From Synechococcales cyanobacterium VAR_4_metabat_354 (GTDB taxonomy: Bacteria > Cyanobacteriota > Cyanobacteriia > Cyanobacteriales > Chamaesiphonaceae), in NCBI GenBank assembly GCA_031414775.1, contig JANOQI010000041.1, positions 1 through 64,000 on the forward strand: a stretch of 64,000 bases of DNA. Direction: 5' to 3'. A program made the position numbers and the translations under genes. Positions 1 through 9,709 of this stretch are shown here, piece by piece. Below the pieces are notes generated by a model. The model did no database searches, was not told the origin of the DNA, and worked only from the letters and a program-made list of their open reading frames with translations. Every line of letters starts with the position of its first letter. The first letter of the stretch is position 1.

Positions 1-138
1 ACATTCCCGGCATCGCTCTCCAGTTAATTGCTTTGTCAACATTCTCTGTGGATTGATTGCTTATTGTCATCAACCTAAGAAGCCAGGAATCGCTATGGAA
101 CACAATTTACTGGCTTCTGTTTAACCCGAACTCAGGTT
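1..138 (+). mobile_element. 3' end of an IS982-family insertion sequence (transposase C-terminus 2..124 plus right terminal repeat), truncated by the window start
   Basis: Frame starting at 2 reads [40 protein letters not shown], matching the IS982 transposase C-terminal motif as I recall it (HSRHRS..N...NL..GLIAY...PKKP). It is followed by ACCCGAACTCAGGTT (124-138), typical of an IS982-type end. Confidence 0.8.
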
Positions 139-356
139 AGTTAAGGAATTTTACTCAGACCAGCTAAAAGTGATATTATGTGATGTTCGGATTATAAATC
201 CTCACTTTCGCACCTCATTGTTCACAAATGGGGACTCACTCTCTCACCTCTTCGTGAGGAATAGTAGAGCTGTGTTAATTGAACAAGCAACTTGTTGGTT
301 GTTCTGTTAGCAAGGGGCGTAGTAACTACAGAGAACTTAAACTTAGGAAATTTCGC

Positions 357-1346
357 ATGGTCAATCAGAAAAAAACCGCTACCGATATTGGCTTCACCCT
401 CGACGATTTTGCTGCTTTATTAGACCAGTATGACTACCATTTCAGCCCTGGTGATGTGGTAGCCGGTACGGTCTTTAGTCTAGAACCCCGGGGAGCGCTA
501 ATTGATATCGGTGCTAAGACTGCTGCGTATATTCCCATCCAAGAGATGTCGATCAATCGCGTCGATGCTCCGGAAGAAGTTTTACAGTCCGACGAAACGC
601 GAGAGTTTTTCATTCTTACCGATGAAAATGAAGATGGTCAGCTCACGCTGTCGATCCGGCGGATTGAATACATGCGCTCTTGGGAAAGAGTGCGGCAGCT
701 GCAAGCTGAAGATGCCACTGTTAGATCTCAGGTATTTGCCACTAACCGTGGTGGTGCTTTGGTGCGCATTGAAGGTCTGCGGGGCTTTATTCCCGGTTCT
801 CACATCAGCACTCGTAAACCTAAGGAAGAGTTGCTAAATGAAGAATTGCCGTTGAAGTTTTTGGAAGTAGATGAAGACCGTAACCGTCTAGTTCTCAGCC
901 ATCGTCGGGCGTTAGTCGAACGGAAGATGAATCGCCTGGAAGTAGGCGAAGTCGTAATCGGTTCGGTACGTGGGATCAAGCCTTACGGTGCCTTTATTGA
1001 TATTGGTGGTGTTAGTGGTCTGCTACACATTTCCGAGATTTCTCACGACCATATTGATACGCCACATAGTGTTTTCAATGTGAATGATGAAGTGAAGGTC
1101 ATGATTATCGATCTAGATGCGGAAAGAGGTCGGATTTCTCTTTCGACTAAGCAGTTAGAACCCGAGCCTGGTGACATGATTAAGAACCGCGAGCAGGTTT
1201 ATGAAATGGCTGAAGAGATGGCTCAGAAGTACCGTGAAATGCTGATTGCGAAGGCTTCTGGTCAGTCGATCGAAGCATCAGCTAATGATGAAGATTCGGA
1301 AGTTGAGGTTCTGGAAGAAGATTTTGTTTCAGCTACTGAGGAATAA
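357..1346 (+). CDS. rpsA: 30S ribosomal protein S1
   Basis: Three S1 domains (GALIDIGAK, RGFIPGSHIS, YGAFIDIGGVSGLLHISEIS). ATG at 357 follows AGGA and is preferred over the upstream start at 279. Confidence 0.97.
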   Translation: MVNQKKTATDIGFTLDDFAALLDQYDYHFSPGDVVAGTVFSLEPRGALIDIGAKTAAYIPIQEMSINRVDAPEEVLQSDETREFFILTDENEDGQLTLSIRRIEYMRSWERVRQLQAEDATVRSQVFATNRGGALVRIEGLRGFIPGSHISTRKPKEELLNEELPLKFLEVDEDRNRLVLSHRRALVERKMNRLEVGEVVIGSVRGIKPYGAFIDIGGVSGLLHISEISHDHIDTPHSVFNVNDEVKVMIIDLDAERGRISLSTKQLEPEPGDMIKNREQVYEMAEEMAQKYREMLIAKASGQSIEASANDEDSEVEVLEEDFVSATEE

Positions 1347-1368
1347 GCTCAGAGTCATTTTATTAATC

Positions 1369-1405
1369 AATCCGTCTTCAACTAACTTCTGTAGACGGGT
1401 TTTTT
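1369..1405 (+). terminator. Rho-independent terminator after rps1
   Basis: AATCCGTCT...AGACGGGTT stem followed by a T-run. Confidence 0.65.
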
Positions 1406-1479
1406 GTGAGATTTTGGGGGCAGAGCAGTCTCCCCGCAATGTTAAAATCGGTTAATCGTTTTTAATAACCTATTATCTT

Positions 1480-1842
1480 ATGGCTCAAATGCAGTTTTCG
1501 CGCGGCACGACGGAAGGAGTGCTACCTGATGTTCGTTTGACTAAATCTCGTGATGGTCAAGAAGGGACAGCAATTCTTTATTTTGACAAGCCGGAAGCTC
1601 TGTTCCGTAACGATCCTGATGCCGTTACTGGCTTGTATATGATCGATGAAGAGGGGGAAATCATTACACGGGAAGTTAAAGCCAAATTTGTTAATGGTCA
1701 ACCGGCGGCACTAGAAGCAATCCATTTGATGAAGTCTCCAGCAGAATGGGATCGGTTTATGCGTTTTATGGATCGTTATGCGGCGGCTAATGGCTTAGGT
1801 TTCAGTAAATCTGCGGACTCAGATCAAGAGCCATCTGAATAA
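1480..1842 (+). CDS. psb28: Photosystem II assembly factor Psb28
   Basis: QFSRG..E.V.PDVRLT.SRDG..G.A, GLYMIDEEGEI.TREV.AKF.NG, EWDRFMRFM.RYA..NGLGF. Confidence 0.95.
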   Translation: MAQMQFSRGTTEGVLPDVRLTKSRDGQEGTAILYFDKPEALFRNDPDAVTGLYMIDEEGEIITREVKAKFVNGQPAALEAIHLMKSPAEWDRFMRFMDRYAAANGLGFSKSADSDQEPSE

Positions 1843-1915
1843 TCGTCAAATTTACGGATAAATGCAGTGATAAAACTCCAGTAAGCTGAATGGTGTGCTA
1901 ATTCAGGGTCAGTTG

Positions 1916-3031
1916 ATGAGTCTCAGAAATATCTTATCCTTTCTATTACTTTTTATTCCTATTTCGATCGCCGGTCACTTCTTGCATTGGAGTGCGCCGG
2001 TTATTTTTGTAACTGCTTGTTTAGGAATTATTCCGCTAGCAGCTTGGATGGGTACGGCTACTGAAGAAATTGCAGTGGTTTTAGGTCCATCCCTCGGTGG
2101 CTTGCTCAATGCGACTTTTGGCAATGCTACGGAGTTGATTATTGCTTTGGTGGCGTTGAATGCTGGTTTAGTCGATGTGGTAAAAGCCAGTCTCACCGGC
2201 TCGATTATTGGTAACTTGCTACTGGTAATGGGTCTATCGATGTTTCTGGGAGGACTGCGCTATAAGGAGCAAGAGTTTCAGCCGACAGTGGCACGGGTCA
2301 ATGCTTCTAGTATGAATTTAGCCGTAATTGCAATGCTGCTGCCCACGGCGGTGGATTACACCTCTACTGGCATTAGTGAGACTACGATTCAGAAGTTATC
2401 GGTGGCGGTGGCGATCGTTTTAATTATTGTTTATGTGCTGACGCTGCTGTTTTCGATGAAAACCCATACCTATTTGTATGATGTAGGATTGGCGGAACTC
2501 ACGCCAGGAGAATTAGCTGATGTAAACTTGGCTGATGATGGCGAGACTGCGGTGAATTTACCGTTGTGGATTGGTGTTTTGTTGGTTTGTACGCTGCTGG
2601 TTGCTATCGAATCAGAATTTTTGGTATCGACTTTGGAAGAGGCTACCAGTCAGTTTGGCCTCAGCCCGCTGTTTACGGGGGTAATCTTGGTACCGATTAT
2701 TGGTAATGCTGCCGAACATGCTACTGCTGTGTCGGTAGCGATGAAGAACAAAATGGATTTGTCGGTGTCGGTAGCTGTGGGTTCTAGTTTACAGATTGCC
2801 CTGTTTGTGGCACCGGTTTTGGTGATTGCCGGTCTGATCATAGGGCAGCCTATGGATTTGGATTTCAATCCGTTTGAGTTGGTCGCGGTAGCAGTGGCCG
2901 TATTAATTGCTAACTCGATTAGTTCGGATGGTCGATCGAATTGGTTGGAGGGCATCTTATTGCTAGCGGCTTATGTGGTACTGGGTTTCTCCTTTTACTT
3001 TCATCCCTTTATCCCGCACCATCTGAGCTAA
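1916..3031 (+). CDS. cax: Ca2+/H+ antiporter (CAX family)
   Basis: Alpha repeats LLNATFGNATE and PIIGNAAEH; about 11 hydrophobic helices. Confidence 0.92.
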   Translation: MSLRNILSFLLLFIPISIAGHFLHWSAPVIFVTACLGIIPLAAWMGTATEEIAVVLGPSLGGLLNATFGNATELIIALVALNAGLVDVVKASLTGSIIGNLLLVMGLSMFLGGLRYKEQEFQPTVARVNASSMNLAVIAMLLPTAVDYTSTGISETTIQKLSVAVAIVLIIVYVLTLLFSMKTHTYLYDVGLAELTPGELADVNLADDGETAVNLPLWIGVLLVCTLLVAIESEFLVSTLEEATSQFGLSPLFTGVILVPIIGNAAEHATAVSVAMKNKMDLSVSVAVGSSLQIALFVAPVLVIAGLIIGQPMDLDFNPFELVAVAVAVLIANSISSDGRSNWLEGILLLAAYVVLGFSFYFHPFIPHHLS

Positions 3032-3081
3032 AACTATTACTAACCCATCATCGTCACAGTCCAAAATTTTTGCTAACGTCT

Positions 3082-4461
3082 ATGCCCCCGATTACCCAAG
3101 CTCAACCAGCTCTTAAATTCTTACCACCTACATTTAATCCGATCGCTTTTAAGCTGATTCGGTTATTGTTACCTTTCTGGACTAAATTTCAGCTCAAAAT
3201 TAAACGGATTGATACTGTCAATGTCGATCGACTGTTGCAGCTCTACGATCAATTCCAACATAAGCAAATCCGCCTAATTTTGGCCTTTCGGCATCCTAGC
3301 CCTGATGATGGCTTTGCCATGATGCATTTGTTGTCCCAAGCGTTGCCAAAAGCTGCCAAGCGACAGCGCATCAAGCTATCAATTCCAGCCCATGCCCACT
3401 TCATCTACGATCGAGGGGTACCGATCTGGGCTGGTAAATTGGTTAGTTGGCTATTGCCCAATATGGGCGCGACGCCGATCCATCGCGGCAAGCTCGATCG
3501 CATGGGTCTAAAATCTATTCGAAATTTGCTCTGGCAAGGGTCTTTACCCCTGGCGATTGCCCCCGAAGGTGGTACTAATGGCCATAATGAACTCATTAGT
3601 CCTCTGGAACCAGGGGCGATTCAGATGGGCTTTTGGTGTATCGAAGACCTCAAGGCGGCTGGTCAAGATCAAGAAGTTTGGATTCTACCGATCGGCATTC
3701 AATATCACTATCAAAATCCACCTTGGGCGGCGATCGATCGACTGTTGCAGGAGCTAGAACTGGACTGCGGATTAACAGCTTTGCCGGGAGATTTTTCAGA
3801 TGTGCGCTACCAACGCCTCTACCGGTTGGGAGAATACATTTTGAATTTAATGGAAGATTTTTATCGTCGTTGCTATCGGCAAAGTTTTCCGGAACTGGTG
3901 GCTAGCGATCAACCAATTAGTGCAACGGAATTCACTAGGCGGTTGCAAACCTTGCTGGATTCGGCGCTGCGAGTTGCTGAGCAGTATTTTGGGATTCAGG
4001 CCAAGGGGACGGTGATCGATCGCTGCCGCAAACTAGAACAGGCCGGGTGGGATTGCATCTACCGCGAAGACATCAGCAATCCCGGTAAGCTCTCGCCCTT
4101 AGAGCGCGGACTAGCCGATCGAGTGGCCGCCGAAGCTAGTTCGCGCATGTGGCACATGCGCTTGGTCGAAGGATTCGTAGCCGTGACCGGGTCTTATGTC
4201 AGCGCCGTACCCAGCCCCGAAAGATTTGCCGAAACTAGTCTGATCTTGTGGGATGTGATTCATAAAATCAAAGGCGACCATGCCAACCATCAGCGACCAG
4301 ATCTAGGCGATCGACGGGCAACCATGACAATTGGTGAACCTATTTCAGTTTCAGCCCAATGGTCTCAATATAGTAGTAGTCGGGCTGAAGCTAAACAGAC
4401 CTTAGTCAAGTTAACAGAGCAGCTTCAAAATGCCTTGCAGGCCACAATTAAAAACAATTGA
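3082..4461 (+). CDS. Glycerol-phosphate/phospholipid acyltransferase (PlsC-like, cyanobacterial long form)
   Basis: HX4D motif (FRHPSPDD) and APEGG motif. Start moved to ATG 3082 to avoid overlap with cax. Confidence 0.8.
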   Translation: MPPITQAQPALKFLPPTFNPIAFKLIRLLLPFWTKFQLKIKRIDTVNVDRLLQLYDQFQHKQIRLILAFRHPSPDDGFAMMHLLSQALPKAAKRQRIKLSIPAHAHFIYDRGVPIWAGKLVSWLLPNMGATPIHRGKLDRMGLKSIRNLLWQGSLPLAIAPEGGTNGHNELISPLEPGAIQMGFWCIEDLKAAGQDQEVWILPIGIQYHYQNPPWAAIDRLLQELELDCGLTALPGDFSDVRYQRLYRLGEYILNLMEDFYRRCYRQSFPELVASDQPISATEFTRRLQTLLDSALRVAEQYFGIQAKGTVIDRCRKLEQAGWDCIYREDISNPGKLSPLERGLADRVAAEASSRMWHMRLVEGFVAVTGSYVSAVPSPERFAETSLILWDVIHKIKGDHANHQRPDLGDRRATMTIGEPISVSAQWSQYSSSRAEAKQTLVKLTEQLQNALQATIKNN

Positions 4462-4469
4462 TTCTCATC

Positions 4470-7313
4470 TTAAGTTTTTAGCCGGACATTGACTGCTTTA
4501 CCACTGATATTCAAGACTCCTAAGCGTTGAGTCGTAGTGTATTCCATCTGTTCTGTTTCCCCTTGACAAACCCAGGCTGCCCAAAAATAAGGGCGAGCAA
4601 AGGGGTAATTCTCGCCATCATCACAATTCGCCTCTTGGAGTTCAGCCAGTGCCCGGCGACCAGCGGCGGTTTCTTTCAGTTCCAGCCGCGTGCGCGTACA
4701 CAAATATACTTGAGCTTCAATGAGAGCAGCTCCTTTGCCCATTTTTTGATTCTGAAGATTATCAAAAAATCTTTCGATCAGTACGACTGAAACTAAAACC
4801 GGCACTGACCAAAGATTGGCGATCGTGGTTTGCGCTCCGGCAATGCCGAAAGCACGACGTAATTCATGAATGCCATCACCTGATTGGATCGTGCCGGGAG
4901 CCGTGCCACAGACAATCAGGATGGTGAGATTGTTACTGTGCAGATCGAGAGCGGCAATTTCGCTCGCTAACAGCAGGTTATTCTTGTCTACATTAGCTCC
5001 ACTCAGCGCTAGCCCTGATCTATTCATCAAATCTGGCGTGTTGTTGGTAGCTTGGAGGGCGAAGCCATAGGTGAGGATGCTGAGAATATGGGGGCAGGTG
5101 CTAGTGATAGCGTTTTTGGTAGCGGCTTGTTCGTAACGCTCTTTGCCATTGAGCCGATAGGCGATCGATCTTCCCAACAAGCCATAGTTATGCAATGGCG
5201 GGAAGTTGAGGTTGCCGATATCTGATTTGGCCAAATGTTCGGTAGCCATTGATAAAACTGGTTGGGGCTGAGTTGATACATCATCAAAATCGGGATCGGC
5301 CACAACTAAAGAGGCACTAGCCGGTTTGCGACTGGGACTACGCAGCAAATCTCGGCCAGTGGTGAGATAGGTGACGATGTGCTCGTCTAGTAGCAGGTTA
5401 AAGGGCAGATGCGAGAGTGTACCATCGGGCGCAATTACTAAGTGGAAGCTATGTAAATAAGGAAGTAAAGGGGCGATTAGTTTTTCGGGTAGCCCGGCAC
5501 TACTTGTATCTGAGGAGTCACTTTGGGTAGAGTTGAGATTAATAAACTGACGATAAGCTGCTACTAATTCATCAATGTCGGCGGCAGCTGCTAAAGGAAC
5601 CATTTGGACGGCACTGGGATGGGCTTGGGGTAAGATCAAGGCCATGTAATGTTCATCGCCCCAAGATTGGTGCTCAAAGTCGTAGGGGTGAAATTTAATA
5701 AATTCGATCAGGGTGCTGTCAGTAGGGAGGCTCAAGGCGATTGATTGATGATCAATCATCAGTGCTTCCGGGATCATCATTTCCAGTGCATCCTGGTCAA
5801 TTTCTACTTCGATTCCCCGCACCTGACTGAGAATATTTGCTCTAGCTGGATCGTTGTCTTCTAGATTGTTACCTTGAATAATCAGGTTACTGATCTGCTG
5901 AAATTTAGGTTGGAGATGAGCATAGTTAGCACTATGCAAAAGGGCATTGCGAGTGGCCATGGTAGTGGTGCCCAGCATCTTAGCGCGACAAACAGCACAG
6001 AGAGCGGATTCACGAGCCGCTGACTCATTAGGGAGGTAGGTAAAAACCAGAGAAAGGATAATATCTAGAGTGAATTTAATGTTTTGGATATAGAGCTGAT
6101 ATTCTTCTTCACCAACAAATACCAGTTGATGACGCAGGAAATTATATTGGCAAATTAAAGATGATTGATAGTGCTTTAGAGCTTCTCCGTACCATCCTTG
6201 GGCATAATGCAACTCGGCCAAATTGTTGAAACTGTTAGATACTAAAGGATGTTCATTGCCCAGTTGCTGTTCGTAGATGGTTAAAGCGTGTAGGTAATGC
6301 TGCTCAGATTCTCCGTACCACCCTTGCGATTTACATAACGCTGCTAAACCATTCAATATGTTCGCCACCGCCGGGTGCTCAGTGCCGAGTTGCTGTTCAC
6401 ATATCGCTAAAGCCCGCAGGTAATGCTGCTCAGATTCCGCATATCGCCCTTGAGATTCACACAATATGGCTAAATCATGCAGGGTATCGGCGGTATCATG
6501 GCCTAAACTATTTTCCCTCAACACCACATTGTTTAAACTAGGATCTATCGGGGCTGTTGCCAGGGCTGCTGTATCCTGATTTGCTAGTGGCGGATCACCT
6601 TTTTCAGATATTTGGCCTAATTTCTGCTCGGCGATCGCTAAAGCTCGACGATAAAGAGGTTCTGCTTCGGCATTACGACCTTGGGCTTCACACAAACCAG
6701 CTAAATTATTCAAGGTGCTGGCTACTGATGGATGGTCACGACCTAATTTCCGCTCCCGAATGGTAAGCGCTCGCAGATAAAGAGGTTCAGCTTTATCGTA
6801 TTGTTGCTGGGATTTGTATAGCCCTGCTAAGTTGTGTAAGGTGTTGGCTACTGATAGGTGTTCGCTACCTAGTTTTTGTTCCAATATCTCGATCGCTTGC
6901 AGGTAAAGATGCTGGGCTTCGCCAAATCGCCGTTGGGCTTTACACAACACCGCTAAATTATTCAAACTAGTGGCCACATCAGGATGTTTTCTCCCTAGCT
7001 TTTGTCCCCGAATGGCTAATGCTCGCAGGTAAAGAGGTTCAGCTTTATCGTATTTTTGTTGGGATTTGTATAACCCAGCTAAATTATTTAAGGTGAGAGT
7101 TAAATCGGTTGAAGAAAGATTCTCTGCTAGTTTGAGGGCTACTTTTCCTTTGCGGATACCTAATTCATATTCCCCTCGACTGCGCAGATCTTGCACCTGC
7201 TGCATGAGACCTTGCCACTGTTCCCGATTAGCCATCACTTTTCCTATTGTGTTAGACGATTTAAATTGATTCACTAATTTAATATTTAAAACTGACTTAA
7301 TAACTATTTCCAA
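4470..7313 (-). CDS. TPR-repeat protein with C-terminal CHAT (caspase-like) domain
   Basis: Repeated HP.VA..LNNLA.L...QG.Y..AE.LY.RAL.I units; CHAT motifs LVIAPDG.LS.LPF..L, LRRAF.IAGA.T.IANLW.V, PYFWAAWVC.G. True start may be further downstream (MANRE). Confidence 0.88.
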   Translation of the reverse strand: MEIVIKSVLNIKLVNQFKSSNTIGKVMANREQWQGLMQQVQDLRSRGEYELGIRKGKVALKLAENLSSTDLTLTLNNLAGLYKSQQKYDKAEPLYLRALAIRGQKLGRKHPDVATSLNNLAVLCKAQRRFGEAQHLYLQAIEILEQKLGSEHLSVANTLHNLAGLYKSQQQYDKAEPLYLRALTIRERKLGRDHPSVASTLNNLAGLCEAQGRNAEAEPLYRRALAIAEQKLGQISEKGDPPLANQDTAALATAPIDPSLNNVVLRENSLGHDTADTLHDLAILCESQGRYAESEQHYLRALAICEQQLGTEHPAVANILNGLAALCKSQGWYGESEQHYLHALTIYEQQLGNEHPLVSNSFNNLAELHYAQGWYGEALKHYQSSLICQYNFLRHQLVFVGEEEYQLYIQNIKFTLDIILSLVFTYLPNESAARESALCAVCRAKMLGTTTMATRNALLHSANYAHLQPKFQQISNLIIQGNNLEDNDPARANILSQVRGIEVEIDQDALEMMIPEALMIDHQSIALSLPTDSTLIEFIKFHPYDFEHQSWGDEHYMALILPQAHPSAVQMVPLAAAADIDELVAAYRQFINLNSTQSDSSDTSSAGLPEKLIAPLLPYLHSFHLVIAPDGTLSHLPFNLLLDEHIVTYLTTGRDLLRSPSRKPASASLVVADPDFDDVSTQPQPVLSMATEHLAKSDIGNLNFPPLHNYGLLGRSIAYRLNGKERYEQAATKNAITSTCPHILSILTYGFALQATNNTPDLMNRSGLALSGANVDKNNLLLASEIAALDLHSNNLTILIVCGTAPGTIQSGDGIHELRRAFGIAGAQTTIANLWSVPVLVSVVLIERFFDNLQNQKMGKGAALIEAQVYLCTRTRLELKETAAGRRALAELQEANCDDGENYPFARPYFWAAWVCQGETEQMEYTTTQRLGVLNISGKAVNVRLKT

Positions 7314-7544
7314 CTTTCATCAATCTTGCCATCCAGATACTGGCCAGCTAAGTTAGGGAACTTATTTCCACTTTTCCATGATGTTGGTAGTGTGATGGCG
7401 ATTAACGTTGATACATCAATTTTACAAGCCTATTCAATAAAATCATCGTTCAAATTGCTGACCAGAGTTTCGGCTAGTTTGGTTTAGCTCAATTAACTAC
7501 CAGCTCAATAATTTTTATTACTCTTGTCTAAGAATTAAAGTACT

Positions 7545-8042
7545 TCAAAAATTAAAGTGTTGTTTGATCATTGCCCAGCGAGAACAGTCCCAGTAGTCGA
7601 TATGGGCGGTAATCAAATTGTCGGCGCTAATACTCAATTCGCTCCAGCCGGTGACAGAAATACGTGGTTTCCAGGGTAGTGGGGCATCCCAACTCATTGT
7701 CCAACGGGTTTTTAGGCCGTTACTAACTTCTTCGATGCTATGGAGGTCGAGCTGGAGGTTTTTGAACCAAGTAGTAATAAAGCCAATCATCTTTTGGTAG
7801 CGCGCTAGCCCTCGAAAGTCGTACATTGGATCTTTGAAGTACACATCTGGGCTGTAGATGCTGTAGGTTTGAGCCTCCGGAAACTTGGCGTAGTCGGCTT
7901 TGATAATGGCGATCAGGTCAGTTGGGGACATGGGCTGGTTGGCGAAAATAAGTTTTCTATATTTTCCTTTGAATATATCTCTTCCGTCACAAAGTTGCCT
8001 TTGGTTAATGTCTGGCGGGGTGACAACGTAGTTGGCCAGCAA
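7545..8042 (-). CDS. DUF2358 (SnoaL/NTF2-like) protein
   Basis: DY..FP..QTYSIY..DVYFKDP...FRG...Y; RW.MSW..PLPWKPRI.V.GWSEL; HIDYW. True start is likely the internal MSPTD. Confidence 0.8.
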   Translation of the reverse strand: MLANYVVTPPDINQRQLCDGRDIFKGKYRKLIFANQPMSPTDLIAIIKADYAKFPEAQTYSIYSPDVYFKDPMYDFRGLARYQKMIGFITTWFKNLQLDLHSIEEVSNGLKTRWTMSWDAPLPWKPRISVTGWSELSISADNLITAHIDYWDCSRWAMIKQHFNF

Positions 8043-8073
8043 GATTTAGCAATTTTGTTACAATGCCCAAACC

Positions 8074-9660
8074 ATGCTGCGGCTTCTTTTTATGTCTCTA
8101 ATTACTTCTGCTCATCTGCCGATCGAACTACCAGCTCAACTGCAAAGAATGGATCGGTTTTGGCAAGATTATCGATCGATCACTAAGCTAGTTCCCGAAA
8201 TGGTGGCGTCATTGGGTGACCAACGATTGGGTGATTTGGATAGCGATGTGGTGATTTGCGGTGGCACTTTAGGTATCTTTCTTGGTTGTGCGCTGCAACA
8301 GCGCGGTTGGCGAGTAGTCCTGCTGGAGCAGGGCCAGCTGCAAGGCCGTGCCCAAGAATGGAATATTTCCCGGAAAGAATTAGAGGCACTGCTGGAGCTG
8401 GAATTGTTGAATACCGCCGAGCTAGAGCAGTCGATCGCTACCACTTATAATCCAGCCCGAGTCGGTTTCCACGGTGGTATCGAACTATGGGTGCGCGATA
8501 TTTTAAATATTGGGGTCGATCCAGTGTTTTTATTAGCCACGCTGCGCGCCAAATTTTTAGTTGCTGGCGGACGATTACTAGAATATACAGGCTTCGATCG
8601 AGCAGAGATTTATGCTGATGGGGTGCTAGTTCGGGGCACCAGTCACGGCACTCCAATCTCGATCAAAGCGCGGTTGTTGCTAGATGTGATGGGACACTTT
8701 TCGCCGATCGCCCAGCAGGCTAGAGCTATTACTCAAGGACAGCAACCACCAGAGGGAGTTTGCTTAGTGGTGGGAAGCTGTGCCCAAGGGTTGCCCGAAA
8801 AGTCTTATGGTGACTTGATTTATACTTTTGCCCCCATTCGTAACCAGTGTCAATATTTTTGGGAAGCTTTTCCGGCGCGGACTGGCCGTACTACCTACAT
8901 GTTTACTTATGCCGATGCCGATCCACAGCGTCCCAGCTTCAGCCAGTTGTTAGAGGACTATTTATCGTGGTTACCTCAATATCAAGAGGTGGAACTGGAG
9001 GCCGTAAAGTTTCAGCGGATGTTGATGGGATTTTTTCCGGCTTATCAAAAATCACCACTACAAACTCCCTGGCCGCGTATTTTGCAAGTTGGGGATAGTA
9101 GCGGTATGCAGTCGCCGTTGAGCTTTGGGGGCTTTGGAGCGCTGATGCGTCATTTAGTGCGGCTAACCGATAGCATCCAGGCATGTTTGACTCACGACTT
9201 TTTGGCCGCCGCTGATCTCCGATCGATCCAGCCCTATCAACCTAATATGTCGGTGACTTGGTTATTTCAAAAGGCCATGAGTGTTGGTGTTGGCCAGCAG
9301 GTAGAACCAGGTCGGATTAACCAATTACTCTCTACTACTTTCATCGCCATGGAAAAATTGGGAGATCCGGTGTTGCGCCCCTTTTTGCAAGATATCGTGC
9401 AGTTTCCAGCCCTTTCTCAAACCATGTTTGCCATGGCGCTGGCCGATCCGGTGCTGGTCATGAAGATCGTTCAGCAAGTAGGCATCCAGACATTGATCGA
9501 CTGGGTTGGTCACTATGCCAACCTGGGCGGCTATAGTTTCCTTCACCAACTGGATCACAGCTTTCCTACCGCTGGTCAGAACCTCTCCCCTCAGCAACAA
9601 TACCGGTGGCAATGCTGGCGTAATGCTTGGCGCTTTGGTTCTGGTGGTGATTATTACTAA
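8074..9660 (+). CDS. cruP: FAD-dependent oxidoreductase, CruA/CruP lycopene-cyclase family (CruP-like)
   Basis: DVVICGGTLG FAD site, GR.QEWNISR.EL, YFWEAFPA, GDSSG.QSPLSFGGFG; length fits CruP. Confidence 0.72.
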   Translation: MLRLLFMSLITSAHLPIELPAQLQRMDRFWQDYRSITKLVPEMVASLGDQRLGDLDSDVVICGGTLGIFLGCALQQRGWRVVLLEQGQLQGRAQEWNISRKELEALLELELLNTAELEQSIATTYNPARVGFHGGIELWVRDILNIGVDPVFLLATLRAKFLVAGGRLLEYTGFDRAEIYADGVLVRGTSHGTPISIKARLLLDVMGHFSPIAQQARAITQGQQPPEGVCLVVGSCAQGLPEKSYGDLIYTFAPIRNQCQYFWEAFPARTGRTTYMFTYADADPQRPSFSQLLEDYLSWLPQYQEVELEAVKFQRMLMGFFPAYQKSPLQTPWPRILQVGDSSGMQSPLSFGGFGALMRHLVRLTDSIQACLTHDFLAAADLRSIQPYQPNMSVTWLFQKAMSVGVGQQVEPGRINQLLSTTFIAMEKLGDPVLRPFLQDIVQFPALSQTMFAMALADPVLVMKIVQQVGIQTLIDWVGHYANLGGYSFLHQLDHSFPTAGQNLSPQQQYRWQCWRNAWRFGSGGDYY

Positions 9661-9709
9661 CCCACCCGCCCTCGGCTAGAATGATGTCCATCCGCTTCTC
9701 GCCACCGCC

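Noticed and set aside
279..356. N-terminal extensions in the ORF track (rps1 279, acyltransferase 2941, nirB 60429, nirD 63083)
   Set aside because: The extensions lack family similarity; downstream ATGs coincide with the conserved N-termini.
6130..7100. Nucleotide-level repeats
   Set aside because: Explained by TPR coding repeats in the CHAT gene.
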